Positions 11,083 to 24,691 of a stretch of 64,000 bases of DNA are shown here, piece by piece. The stretch is from Octopus sinensis (lineage: Eukaryota): positions 16,802,001 through 16,866,000 of the forward strand of contig NC_043024.1 in NCBI RefSeq assembly GCF_006345805.1. Direction: 5' to 3'. Position 1 is the first letter of the stretch, and every line of letters starts with the position of its first letter. Position numbers and translations under genes: made by a program. Below the pieces are notes generated by a model. That model ran no database searches, had not been told where the DNA came from, and worked only from the letters and a program-made list of their open reading frames with translations.

Positions 11083-11453
11083 ATATTGTTATATTTCGGA
11101 ATGGTCATATTGCCAGTTTAGCCAATAAAAACACACGCACTATATATTTGGTGTTATTTTGCTTCAGTGATATTTATTTTTTACATTAATCTTAATCTTA
11201 CTTCGGCCAAATGAAGACATACAATAGAAATACAAAATGGCTGACGGTTAGTAAGGAGAGACACAAGTAAGTGAGAAGAAAACAAAGGACCACTGATGCG
11301 GTCACAGGAGTGTGAAGAAAGAACTTTGGCCGAAATAAGATTAAGATTAATGTAAAAAATAAATATCACTGAAGCAAAATAACACCAAATATATAGTGCG
11401 TGTGTTTTTATTGGCTGAACTGGCAATATGACCATTCCGAAATATAACAATAT
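11083..11453. repeat. Inverted repeat with 129-bp arms and a 113-bp spacer (Penelope-LTR-like)
   Basis: Arms 11083-11211 and 11325-11453 are near-perfect reverse complements. Related sequence at ~27440-27640. Confidence 0.85.
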
Positions 11454-11547
11454 CTGTTTCAACACACGACTTCACATAAAAAATCTTGCACAACAAATAT
11501 TTAAATGTATATATATATATACATATATATGTATATTTATATATATA

Positions 11548-11585
<38 letters not shown>

Positions 11586-11637
11586 AATATATATATATAT
11601 ATATTATATATATATATAGATACGCATATATATATAC

Positions 11638-11670
<33 letters not shown>

Positions 11671-11990
11671 CATACATATACATATATATACATATGTATA
11701 TACATATATATATATATAGATACGCATACATATATACATGTATATGCACACACATGCATATATACATGTATATGCACACACATGCATATATACATGTATT
11801 TACATATATATATATCATTATCATTTAATGTCTTGTGAGCATTGGTTCAACAGTTTGATCACAGCTGGTATGGTTAGGGTCCACACAAGGCTCTGTTGTC
11901 TGTTGTGGCATGGTTTTACAGATGGATGCCCTTCCTAAATCCAACAACTTCAATGAGAGTACTTGGTGCTATTTATGTGGCACCAGCACA

Positions 11991-12022
<32 letters not shown>

Positions 12023-12408
12023 TATATATATATTGTTAAAGTAATTTCTATAGATATTCTATTGAAATTACAGCTAGCACTGATTTTTGCTGCAGTGTTT
12101 CATATAAAAAATGTCAAAGGTAAACAAACAAACAATGAGTTCTATTATAAAAAATGGGTAATGTGTGTGTGTGTGGGGGGGGGTTACCCCTTCCTCAGCA
12201 TGCATCTAATCCATTAACCATCCTCGTGCACATTGCTTAAATAGACACTATATATAGCAGTGTAAAGTTTTTGGATATACCAATTTATGTATTAAATGTA
12301 TTCTGGAAGCTGGTATGAAAGTAATAGTGATTTGTAGGTATTTGGTATTTCGTTATGCAACTATGATATTAACTGTTTTTATAAGTCATACAAATCATTA
12401 AGTTATAT

Positions 12409-12462
<54 letters not shown>

Positions 12463-13066
12463 TCATCATCATCATCATTTAGCGTCCGCTTTCCATGCTA
12501 GCATGGGTTGGACGGTTCAACTGGGGTCTGTGAAGCCAGAAGGCTGCATCAGGCCCAGTCTGATCTGGCAGTGTTTCTATGGCTGGATGCCCTTCCTAAC
12601 GCCAACCACTCCGTGAATGTAGTGGGTGCTTTTTATGTGCCATCCGCACAGGTGCCAGACAGAGCTGGCAAACAGCCACGGACGGATGGGGCTTTTTATG
12701 TGCCACCGGCATGGAGGCCAGTCGGGGCGGCGCTGGCAACGGCCATGATCGGATGGTTCGCTTACTTGTCATCGGCACTAGTATCACAGCTGCAATTTCC
12801 ATTGATGTTGATCGACTTCGATTTTGGTTCTGCTTTCTGATATCTGATTTGATTTGGGTTGATTTTGATTTTCACTTGCCTCAACGGGTCTTCACAAGTG
12901 GAGTTTTGTGTCCCAAGAAGGAAAGGTATGTATAAGTCGACTGGCTACATACCAAGTAGAGGCCACGGGTTATGGTCTCACTAGTCTTGCCGGGTCTTCT
13001 CACACACAGCATACTTCCATAGGTCTCGGTCTCCAGTCATTTCCTTGGTGAGACCTAAAGTTCGAA
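12463..13066 (-). mobile_element. RTE LINE 3' fragment (ORF C-terminus, 3' UTR, GAT tail)
   Basis: Minus strand RTLGLTKEMTGDRDLWKYAVCEKT, then UTR and (GAT)n. Confidence 0.75.
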
Positions 13067-13093
13067 TATATATATATATATAAGGTTCGAATA

Positions 13094-13399
13094 TCATCAT
13101 CATCGTTTAATGTCCGTTCTCCATGCTAGCATGGGTTGGACGGTTTGACCAGGGATCTGGGGAGCCAGAAGGCTGCACCAGGCTCCGGTCTTATCTGGCA
13201 ATGTTTCTACAGCTGGATGCCCTTCCTAACGCCAACCACTCCGTGAGTGTAGTGGGTGCTTTTTACGTGCCACCTGCACTGGTGCCAGGCGAGGCTGGCA
13301 TAGGCCATGGTCTGATTGGTGCATTTTACGTGCCACCTGCACGGAAGCCAGTCGAGGCAGTACTGGCTTCGGCCACGATTCGGATGGTCCTTTTTACGA

Positions 13400-13400
<1 letters not shown>
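13094..13400 (-). mobile_element. RTE 3' UTR fragment, tandem with the previous copy
   Basis: Same 3' UTR sequence and (GAT)n tail. Confidence 0.7.
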
Positions 13401-13442
<42 letters not shown>

Positions 13443-13443
<1 letters not shown>

Positions 13444-14293
13444 TAGACTACCCCTGATCCATTGGGTCACTGGAAAACTCTGAGTTTCCCAGCAATGGAG
13501 TTTTGTTTCATGGGTTTTTTTCTTTTCCAGTTTATTTTGCATGCTTTCAACGAATGTGACATCAAAATCAAGCATAATTTCTTGCACGTCCTGCTACCAT
13601 GTAACAAGTATTTCAGGTCTTTTACCACAAATAGCTGTTATGTCGTAGCAGGGCGTGCTAGAAATACCTGCCAAACCTTTGGGGTTGAGATATGTTGAAT
13701 GTACTCAAAAAAAACCTATGGAAAAAAGCTATTTCACACCAAGGTTACGAATGGGGTTTTTTTACAAAATATTTACCATATTTTTAAAGTCATTTTCACT
13801 TGAAAATATTTTTTAAATATGCTAAAAAAACATTTGTAATAATAATTTAAAAAACATTAAAATATTGTCAGTTTAAAGAAAACTAAAATATAAATACTTA
13901 CCATACAAACAGCTTACATTTTTGAAATCACATTCACTTAAAATGTATTTCTGAATGATTAAAATATTGTGTTTAACAAAAGTGAAAATAGAAACATTTA
14001 CTGTAAAAAAACTCATAATTTTTTGTTTTCTAATCACTGTGTCTAATAGACAGATAGGAGCTTTTTCCCTTTCGGGAGGAAGATTATTTTCCCATTATGC
14101 GTTGTTTTGGGTATTTATACCCGCAAATCTCTAATATCTTTAAAACTATTGTCCAATTTGCATGAAACTTGCTTTATTCCATTTGTATTAACATTTCAGG
14201 GTAAACTTAATTCATAGTATCTTCCCATTATCTACCAGTTTGGCTGGGTAACATTGCAAGCAAGATTCAGACTGACTTTTAATGTATTATAGA
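13443..14293 (-). mobile_element. Non-autonomous Helitron
   Basis: Minus strand begins TC (tctataatacattaaaag) and ends with hairpin tgacccaatggatca then CTAG. Inserted between A and T in TA-rich sequence, no TSD. Confidence 0.75.
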
Positions 14294-14425
14294 TATATAG
14301 GTATGAAGAACCACTGATGAGAGTTAAGGTGCTCTACCCCAAAATTTGAAATCATGATACAGCTATATACACTATGGACATAACTCCTTTTGTCAGTCAT
14401 TAAGTGTAGTGCTTTAGTGGCTTTG

Positions 14426-14549
14426 AAGTGACCGCGTGTGTACCGTTGGCAATTATATTTTCCTCCGTCTTCCCTTCTTTGGATCTTCTGACGAAGAGCT
14501 CTGCGTGAATCGTTAAACCCTCCTTGTTTCCTTCTTTCCTGAGCGTCCA
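14426..14549 (+). mobile_element. Penelope-LTR-like repeat, degraded copy of the 18788 element
   Basis: Shares tgtgtaccgttggc..ctgacgaagagc..cgttaaaccctcc..ttcctgagcgtcca. Confidence 0.6.
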
Positions 14550-14745
14550 CACAAAGGGGACAAACAAGGATAGACAAATGGATTAAGTCGATTATATCAA
14601 CCCCAGTGCATAACTGGTACTTATTTAATTGATCCCGAAAGGATGAAAGGCAAAGTTGACCTCGGTGGAATTTGAACTCAGAACATAGTGGCAGATGAAA
14701 TACCGCTAAGCATTTCGCCTGGCGTGCTAATGTTTCTGCTAGCTT
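14550..14745 (-). mobile_element. SINE family B
   Basis: Reverse-complement copy. Confidence 0.75.
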
Positions 14746-14749
14746 CTCC

Positions 14750-15170
14750 CTTCATTGGAGGCTTTTAGCACAATACGGGGACAGTGCACAACTGCATAGA
14801 ATTGTGTATGAATGGACTGAGAAGTTTAAAAGTGGTCAGACAAGTGTGACTCACGAAGAGGGAATAGGATGGCCATCAACCTCCACCACTGACAAAGAAG
14901 ATTCAACAAACTTGAGAGATGATAATGGTGAACCAGGTTACAATTTCCATCTCTCAGATCACTGCTCTTTGTTCTTCTTTGGTGCACATTGCTAATGGAG
15001 TGGCCATGCTTACACTGTAAAGCCAGAAGGAAAAATGGCGCTAACTGGCTCAAGCTTCAATCACGTGACCACAATAATACCAACTATAAGCACGCAAGCC
15101 CAGAAGGCAGTGCAACAATAATAAAGATATGCTATGTTGAAAGTGCAGATAATTTTTGACTTGCCCTTGT
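14750..15170 (+). mobile_element. Internally deleted mariner remnant
   Basis: Helix-turn-helix peptide VYEWTEKFKSGQTSVTHEEGIGWPSTS. Ends in TIR-like gataatttttgacttgcccttg-TA. Confidence 0.6.
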
Positions 15171-15474
15171 ATATTTTCATTTTCCTCTGTTTTCCATGCA
15201 AGCATGGGTTGGATGATTAGACAAGATCCAACTGGTTGAAAGAGCACTTCTGGCACCATAGTCTCAGTTTTGGGTTCCTCGTTTATTTTTTCCTTTTTTT
15301 TCTTACTTTTGTTTTTTCATGATAAAAAGACAGATGTGAACGTGTGTTTCTTTGCACCTCAACAGGCATGATCTGCAGCTGCAGTTGAGCTGCATTAACA
15401 CTGAGGCACGTATGACTTAAACACTTAGAAAATGAGTAGAGAACGTTTATGGCCTGGCTTAGTATAATTTGCAT

Positions 15475-15779
15475 CAGTGGTTCCCAAACATTTTTGGGGC
15501 TACTGCCCCCTTGACACCCAGGCCACATTCCTAGTGCCCCCAGCCGAACTATCACAAACATGCACCCCTTTCTGAAGCAAATCCAAAGCAACATTATTTC
15601 ACAAATAAAACTTAATCTAATGAACCCATTATTTTGTTTTTACATGAACCACTTCCCCATTATCGCCCCACTTTTTTATATGAATCACTCCCCCATTATC
15701 ACCCCAATTTTCTTCAACGACCCCTTGGAACTTCCCACTGCCCCCATTGTGGCAATACCACCCACTTTGGAAACCACTG
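15475..15779. mobile_element. hAT (Charlie-like) MITE
   Basis: TIR cagtggttcccaaa / tttggaaaccactg with a degenerate 8-bp TSD atttgcat/atttatac. Confidence 0.7.
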
Positions 15780-17815
15780 ATTTATACGATTCAAATGAAA
15801 ATCAACAAACACAAATAACTCAGCCTCTTCTTATTAATTATGCAATGTGTGTGTGTGTGTGTGCGTCTGTGTGTGTGTGCGTCTGTGTGTGTGTGTATAC
15901 ATAAACAATGTGGGATGAAACCAGACTAAGAGATTCACGTCAATCTAAATGTCTATTAACATGTGTCTCTTAAATTTAATATTTAATTTGTATCTCTTCC
16001 TGATTTTGTTTTCTGCGTCTCATTGTTTAAATTACACTATTTGCATTCAAAATTCAATATTTTCGTATGAATTTATTGACCACTCATCTAAAGTGTTCTA
16101 CACACGCACACACACACACACACACACATGCACACGTCTTATAATCACTTCCAGTTCTTGTTTATATATTTTGTGTTATAGAATAGGAGGTGCTCAAATT
16201 ACAGAAAGACAGTGAATGTGGCATTAGAATTATACATGATTGCCCACCACTTTCCATGTTTCATAGTTACATGTATTAAAATGCATACATTTATATGTGT
16301 GTGTGTATGTACATGTGGGCGGAGGGGGAGTTCCATAAAATGAATTTCTATCTACTTCAACAATGAGAATTCAGTTTCATCAAATGAATTAGCTGCTTAT
16401 AAGTCAGTGAGTGGCTGAGTATTCCGCAGACATGTGTCCAGTTGTCTTTGGTAGAATCACACACACATACTCACACACATACAAGCTAGTTGAGTGTGAT
16501 TTGAGAAAGATTTGGTTTTTAATTTTAGCAGGTCAGTCTATTGCATGGAGACTCTGTCATGGTTATTATTACTATTTTTATGATGTAAATAATTCAAAGA
16601 CAGTTCTGTCTGATTCTTATGAAATTCTTTCTCTATTGACGTCAGAGTTTTCTTACAGTAATTAGGAAATAGTTGGAGAATGGTGTCTGGTACAAATTGT
16701 CTCATCAACAATGAACCATAATCTGTGATCTTTTAAATAAGCTTCGGATGTCCAATGCAATTTACAAATTCACATGTTAGCTTGACTGTTGTAAACATCA
16801 CAACTCTATTTCATTGGACATAAAAATACTGCATTTTCACACCTGTTGACTGTGCATGCCACATGCTGAATAAACGTTACTTGCTATATTCATCATATCT
16901 TCAATGTACTCTAACCATCTAGAACCAGTAGCACCTTGTCTTCACAAAATTCTGGGCCAGTAGTTTGCAAGGCATCATTCTGCAGAGGATGTAACAGAGT
17001 TTTAGCTGAAAAGACTGCAACCATGTAACTTGAAGTGTCTTGCCCAAGGACACAATGCACTGCATGGCCCAGGAATTGAACCTAAGACTTTATGATCACA
17101 AGTTCAAATGTCTAATCACCAAGCCATGAACCTTCACAGCACTTTATTTTTAGAATGACATTTTTGGGTAGGTGCGAGAGCCCAGATCACGTTGGTATGA
17201 ACATAAAACAAGTAAAATGTTTGGGCCAGATGTAACCTGTTTAAACACTAAAGGGTTAACAGATGATGATGATGATGATGATTGAGGATGGTGGTGGTGG
17301 TGATGGCAGCGGCAACCATTACATTAAAAGTCTCCCAGAGACTAAAAATTTAGTCATGGAAGCTAACATAATTAACAAATTCATTTGCAGACTTTGTAGC
17401 GAATTTAATGATTTGAATTCTTAAATTAGCCATCTGTACAAATACTATATTTTCCCACTGTCTTTACCACAAGATTCACCATTTCACCACGGTATTCAAC
17501 TGTGACAATATTTTACATTATCAAAAGCTGTATCAACTAACACACAGCAAGAGAACACAAGTTCTAGTATAACATAATGTGGAATATTAAATTACTATAA
17601 ATGATTGATACTCTACTTTTATTAAAATGAGGTAAACATTGTCAAACAGTGTTCACTAAAATAAAGACAAGAGAGGAAACGTGGCCACAGCTCTGAGCTG
17701 AAACTGGAGAGAAAAAAATGAAGATATTTGATGAGTTCATGTATAAAGAGTCCCAAATATGAGGCCACCTCCACAAAAACATAAGAGGAGAAGTTACATG
17801 AAAGTGGTATAATTT

Positions 17816-17850
<35 letters not shown>

Positions 17851-17853
<3 letters not shown>

Positions 17854-18751
17854 GACACACACACACATATGGTGAATTTATGGAATGAAGACCCATAAAA
17901 CTCATCAATTTTGTTAAAAATGGAAGAGACAAGTTGTTAAAATATATAAGAAGTTTAATTCTTGGAGATGATCATTTTGTACTGTGATATAATGATGCAA
18001 ATTCATGATTAAATTAAATTAAATTATGTTAATTACATATCAACATAATTAATGTAATTAATTTAATTTAATCATGAATTTGCATTATTATATCTCTGTA
18101 CAAAACGATCGTCTGCAAACTCTCAGCAAAGCATGAAGAATCAACATTAGAAATCTTTTTGGGAATTCTCCAAATTAAAGGACGAATCCACATTTGACCT
18201 TTATACACTTATATATATATATGTGTGTGTGTGTATGTGTATGTGTGTGATTTTCAAGCAATGATGTGGGAACAGACACATAAACATATATATATATATA
18301 TATTATATATATATATATACACGACACACACACACATATGGTGAATTTATGGAATGAAGACCCATAAAACTCATCAATTTTGTTAAAAATGGAAGAGACA
18401 AGTTGTTAAAATATATAAGAAGTTTAATTCTTGGAGATGATCATTTTGTACTGTGATATAATGATGCAAATTCATGATTAAATTAAATTAAATTATGTTA
18501 ATTACATATCAACATAATTAATGTAATTAATTTAATTTAATCATGAATTTGCATTATTATATCTCTGTACAAAACGATCGTCTGCAAACTCTCAGCAAAG
18601 CATGAAGAATCAACATTAGAAATCTTTTTGGGAATTCTCCAAATTAAAGGACGAATCCACATTTGACCTTTATACACTTATATATATATATGTGTGTGTG
18701 TGTATGTGTATGTGTGTGATTTTCAAGCAATGATGTGGGAACAGACACATA

Positions 18752-18754
<3 letters not shown>
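17851..18754. repeat. Tandem duplication of a 435-bp unit (period 469)
   Basis: 17851-18285 and 18320-18754 appear identical by eye and are separated and flanked by (TA)n. Confidence 0.9.
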
Positions 18755-18786
<32 letters not shown>

Positions 18787-18859
18787 AATGTGACCTTGTG
18801 TGTACCGTTGGCGATTTTTTTCCTCTGTCTTCCTTTCTTTGGATCTCTCCTTTTCCTAT

Positions 18860-18894
18860 GTTTCTGATGAAGAGCTTTGCTCGAAACGTTAAAC
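18860..18894 (+). ncRNA. Minimal type I hammerhead-ribozyme motif in a Penelope-LTR-like repeat (~18788-18990)
   Basis: gttt-CTGATGA-a-GAGC ttt GCTC-GAAA-CG-TT-aaac: 4-bp stem I, 4-bp stem II, palindromic AACGTT in place of stem III. Confidence 0.65.
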
Positions 18895-19004
18895 CCTCCT
18901 TCTTTCCTGAGCGTCCAATAACACTATATTTGTTCCACGTCCTCGCGTTGTTGTGTTTTCTCTTTGTGTTTTCATGTTTGGATTAACTTTATATATATAT
19001 GTTT

Positions 19005-19445
19005 ATGAGTCTGTGTTTGTCCCACATCATTGCTTGACAATTAATGTTGGTGTGTTTATGTCCCTGTAACTTAGAGGTTCGACAAAAGAGACCGGTGGAA
19101 TAAGTACTAAGCTTAAAAAGAATAAGTCCTGGGATCAATTTGTTCGACTAAATGCAGTGCTCCAGTGTGGCCGCAGTCAAATGACTGAAACAAATACAGG
19201 AATAAAAGAATATATTTATATCTATATATATAGATATATATATATTTGTGTTTGTGTGGTTTTGAGTATGTGTTTATCCACCACCACTGCATGACAACTG
19301 GTGTTGGTCTGTTTACATCCCTGTAACTTAGCAGTTTGGGCAAATAGGCCGATAGAATAAGTACTGGAATCAATTTGTTTGACTCAAAATTCTTCAACTT
19401 GATGCTCCAGCATGACCACAGTCTGATGACTATAACAAATAAAAA
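19005..19445 (+). mobile_element. Two tandem 3'-half SINE family A copies
   Basis: Two successive tail halves, each ending gact(g/a)(a/t)aacaaata. Confidence 0.7.
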
Positions 19446-20095
19446 AATAAAGCTAAAAAATAAGAAATAGATTTGTAAAGTTTCATGGTTCTAAGTTTTA
19501 TATTGGACAGACAAATACTGCATTGTCCTGGCAATTGTCTATGCATATATGACAACATATTGGCTGCCAGAAGCCATGACAATCATTTACAGAGCTATTT
19601 CAGGAACTAAAAGACTTCTGAGGGAAATGAATGTAATTTATTTCATTATTCCTGACAATTGTAATGCTTAGTGAGTCTAACTATTATAGTGGACATACAA
19701 ACACCACATTGTCTTATTGTCTGACCATGCATTTACTCTAACAAAATAACATATTTAGAATTCCTGCAAAAGGTAGGATGCTCCTGAATGGATGGAATTT
19801 GATTTGTCACAAACTCAAAAGGCAAACATCACATAAAACTTGTTGATTCTAACTGTTATATATTGGACATGCAAATATCATACTTGCCTGCTGGCTGCAT
19901 GTGTGTGCCTGTGTGTGTGTGTGTGTGTGTTTGTGCATACATGCAGGTGCATGCACGTGTGTCCTTTTGTAAATATTAGCTGATATAATTTATATATATT
20001 ATATATATATATGTGTGTGTATATATATATATGTATATATATGTATATACATGTATATGTATATATATATGTATATATGTATTTATAAGTATGTA

Positions 20096-20151
<56 letters not shown>

Positions 20152-21008
20152 TAAAATTTACTTGGAAAAGGATGTGTGGCGTTCGATCATATAATATAAT
20201 ATAAATAATTATATATATATATATGTATGTATGTAACCATGTGTGTATGTGCATGTATACATATACATGCATTCACGTAATTCCCCCACAAAACTTTTAA
20301 TTCTTCCAGGAAGATAAAGTGATTTTTCTGACAAATTCATGAACAAACATAAAAGTTGTCAATATTATGATTTTAACTTATATCTGACATGCAAATATTA
20401 TATTTCCTGCCAAGTGACTATGTATCTATTATAAAATATTGGTTTATTCCACCAATAACTCTCATTTATAGAATTCTCTCAAAATACTTTAAGATTCATG
20501 GAAGCTAATATAATTTATTACAAATTAATGAGCAAACATGAAAGTTATAAGCGTTCATAATACTTAATATTAGGTTAAGCTGTTATATTGAAAAAGAAAA
20601 TTACTGATTGATGTCCTGACTTTCTTAATCTCTTTGATACTTATGCTCCGCAACACTCCTTTGATTTCTTTGATGCAAAAAACTTTACACTTTAAAGTAA
20701 TTTATCTCTGAACTTATGAGCTGAGGAAGTATTGCTTGTTATATACAGTGGATTGGCAAAACCATTTGAGCTTTGGAAAAAGATTTTGCAGTGTTTTTTC
20801 AAGCTTTTTTTATATTCTGGGTTTAAATCTTGGTGAGGTCAACTTTGCTTTTCATCTTTCTGGAGTTAATAACATAATGTACCAGTCATGTACTGGTGTT
20901 GTTGTAATTGACTGAACCACCTCCTGTCAAGGCTGCTGACTCCAAGCCTAAATAATAATAATAATAATTATAATAATAAAAAGAATAATAATAAGAAGAA
21001 GAAGAATG

Positions 21009-21460
21009 ATCCTTTCTACTGTAGGCACAAGGCCTAAAATTTGGGAGAAGGAACTAAATTGATTACATCGACCCTAGTGTATAACTGGTACTTATTTAAT
21101 CAACCCCCAAAAGAATGAAAGACAAAGTTGACCTCGGTGGAATTTGAACTCAGAATGTAGTGACAGATGAAATACTGCTAAGCATCTCACCTGGCGTGCT
21201 AACGATTCTGCCAGATCAACACCTTCATAATAATATTAATGATAATGGATTCAAATTTTGCCACAAGGGCAGCAGTTTCGTGGAAAGGGATGAGTTGATT
21301 ACATTGACCCCAGTGTTCAACTGGTACTTATTTCATCAACTCTGAAAGGATGAAAAGTAAAGTCAACCATACTGGAATTTGAACTCGGATGTAAAGACTC
21401 ACAAAATGCCACAAAGCATTTTTCCCAGTGTGCTAACGACTCTGCCAGCTTGCTGCCTTA
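21009..21460 (-). mobile_element. Two tandem SINE family B copies
   Basis: Reverse-complement copies at ~21009-21225 and ~21245-21460, next to (AAT)n. Confidence 0.7.
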
Positions 21461-21959
21461 ATGATAATAATAATATATAGAGAGAGAGAGAGTGAAAGAG
21501 AAGAGAAAGAGATATAGACATAATATATATTTATCATATTTTGATGGAATTTGTATCAAAATATTTTTAGATTCATACAATTAACTGTAGCTTAGAAACG
21601 ATGTGAATTATGAAAGAAATTTATTTTACTTCCTAATTAATCAGTTCATTTCATAAAAAATCCATAATATAAGATATTTAAAAGAATTTATTTAGCTAAC
21701 TCTTGCACATATGTTTCCGTAATAGCTATTTGAAAGATATCTGAAATATAAATATTTACAAATAAATATCTTATCAGTTTCTGAGCAATTGAAACCTAAA
21801 TGTTTAAAATGAAGAAAAATATAGCATCCAATGTTACAAGGTGAAGAATATAAACTTTGTGGCTGATGTAAAAGAACGGAAAGATAGAACGGAAAAAAGG
21901 ATAATAATGAACAAAACAAAATATCAAAAGAAGGAGAATGTATAATAAATTAATGTACA

Positions 21960-22328
21960 CAGGTGGATGCAGGGTAAGAAGCTTGCTTCTTAACCACATG
22001 ATTCTACTCTAGGTTCAATTCCACTGTGTGGCACCTTGGGCGAGTGTCTTTTGCTGACCAAAGCATTGTGAATGGATTTGGTTGAAGGGAATTATAAAAA
22101 GCCCATCGTGTGTGTTTGTCCCTCACCACTGCTTGTGTTGGTTTGTTTACATCCCTATAACACAGCAGTTCAGCTAAATTAGACTGATATAATAGACTGA
22201 TACATAGTACCAGGCTTCAAAAAACAAAAAAGGTAAAAGAAGTACTGAGGTTGATCCATTCAACTATAACTTCTTCGAGACAATGCTCCAGAATGGCCGC
22301 AGTCTAATGTCTGAAGCAGATAAAAGAT
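21960..22328 (+). mobile_element. Diverged SINE family A
   Basis: Recognisable head, CORE-like segment and tail. Confidence 0.7.
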
Positions 22329-22774
22329 ATACTTACACATACATATACGCACATTTATATATTTATAAATAATCATTTTATGTTTGCTTTTCATGCTAGC
22401 ATTGGTTGTTTGCTCTGACAGGATCCAATTGGTCAGGAATCAGAGAATCGCATCTTGTTCCAGTGTCAAAGTGTTGGCCTGGTCTCTATGGCTGGATGCC
22501 TTTCCTAATGCCAACTGCTTTTCAGTATGAACTGGGTACTTTTCGTGGTACCAGTTCTAGTGAGGTCGCTTTGTAACTCGCTAGCAGTTCTCACTCCCTC
22601 AGCTAAACCTCCAAACACTTAAAACTTGTTGCTTAGCATTCTTGTTCACTCTTCCATTCTCTGTTATGTTTGGTTGGTTATGCACGAGACACCTGAAGAT
22701 GCCAGAGGAAACAACGGCTGGAACAGTGTTTAGCATTGAGTCTACAACAACCAAACCAGAAATGACTGATGTAT

Positions 22775-23450
22775 CTTTTATCTTTCATTGTTTCAGTCAT
22801 TAGACTGCACCCATACTGGGGGACCACCTTGAAGAATTTTAGTTGAACAAATCCACTCCAATAGTTTAAAGCCTGGTACTTATTCTATCAGTCACTTTTT
22901 ACCGAACCGCTAGGTTACAGGGACATAAACACACAAACACTGGTTGTCAAGCAGTGGGGCAGGGGGACAAACACAGACACAGACACACGTACATATATAT
23001 ATATATATATATATATCTTTTTACTCTTTTACTTGCTTCAGTCATTTGACTGTAGTCATGCTGGAGCACTGCCTTTAGTCGACCAAATCGACACCAGGAC
23101 TTATTCTTTGTAAGCCTAGTACTTATTCTATTGGTTTCTTTTGCCGAACCACTAAGTTACGGGGACATAAACACACTAGCATCGGTTGTCAAGCAATGTT
23201 GGGGGGACAAACACACACATATATATACATATACATATATACGACGGCCTTCTTTCAGTTTCCGTCTACCAAATCCACTCACAAGGCTTTGGTCGGCCTG
23301 AGGCTATAGTAGAAGACACTTGTCCAAGGTATCATGCAGTGGGACTGAACCCAGAATGGAACCATGTGGTTGGTAAGCAAGCTACTTACCACACAGCCAC
23401 TCCTGTGCGATGAGCTTCTTTCAGTTTCCATCTACTGAATTCACTCACAA
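22775..23450 (-). mobile_element. Older SINE A copy with a younger SINE A (23016-23408) inserted in its central microsatellite
   Basis: Tail half at 22775-22985, complete copy at 23016-23408, then the older copy resumes (gagcttctttcagtttcc, 23412-23450). Confidence 0.7.
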
Positions 23451-24575
23451 GGGTTTAGAGGGCCTAGCGTAATAATATTTTAAAATGTTCATACTTAGAT
23501 TTAAATTTACCTTCAAGTTATGTTCAGAACAGAGGGTCCTTACTTATTTTTGTTTGTGTTATCCTCAGATAAGACCTTCAGTAGTGTCCCCTAGCCATCT
23601 CAGCCCTCCATGAGTATTTTAAGGGTTTTCAACTGAATGTTTATTTCAGTTGTTAAGCTTTTTTTAGTATAAGCATTTATCTGCTCTTTGCTTTGAGACC
23701 TTCAAATGACATGTTGCACACCCCCAGGGGTAAGAATTGCTCATAAGTTTCGTTCAGAGTGACCCTCTCATACAGGGGTTGCCATTCATGAATGAGATTT
23801 GTCTACCCTGGGAACAGTATATTTCGTTTGAAATGTTGTCATCTTAAGTTTAACCTCTCCACTCCCGAAACAAAATTCCTGTGAAACTAAACCAGTTAAG
23901 GGAGTGATATTATAAAACACCCCAGCACACATAACGGAACTGAACACCCGTAAGACCACACATCCTAGCAACAAGCTGGCGTTAATCTCCCTGGCCATAC
24001 TTTGTCATTGATTGCTTATAAAGAAACCTCAATGTCAAAGAGGAGAAAATTTCAACTCTGACATTAATTATAATAATAATAATAATAATAATAATAGCAA
24101 GGACAATAAACATCATCATCAACAATGACAACAACAATAATAATAAACAAACATAACTGCTAATTGTACATCAATGAATAAAGACATCTGATTAAATAAC
24201 AATAAGAATTCCCACTTAAAAACATTCCACCAGACAACGACAATAAAACTAGGCAAGTCTGGAGGCATCAACAAGTTTTGTTGAAGTTTGTTGTTGAAAA
24301 CAAAAATAATGAAGAGAAATAATCAAATACAGGAGAGAAAATTAATTTTGATTATAGAAAGCTATAATTGAATTAAACGAGTTTTATATATATATTTGTG
24401 TGTGTGTCTTTACCTTTTACATTTCTTTTATCTTGTTACTTGTTTCAATCATCAGAGTACGGCCATGCTGGGGCATCACCTCGAAGAATTTTTAGTTGAA
24501 TGAATTGATGTATATTCGTTTATATAAGCATATATAAAATATTTATGTATGTGTGTGTATATATATATATATATA

Positions 24576-24611
<36 letters not shown>

Positions 24612-24691
24612 AATGTATCTATATATGTATGTATTTGTATATATATGTGTGTGAATGTGTTTTTATGTGAGTATAGACATACATATATATT

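Noticed and set aside
11428-11938. YI/VC/HT-repeat ORFs here and at ~20000, 25500, 54300
   Set aside because: Translations of (TA)n, (TG)n and (CA)n microsatellites.
22692-22730. ctgaagatgcc..ggctggaac Penelope-LTR-like motif (similar weak hits at ~1255-1285 and ~50037)
   Set aside because: GAAA and stems are too degraded to call.
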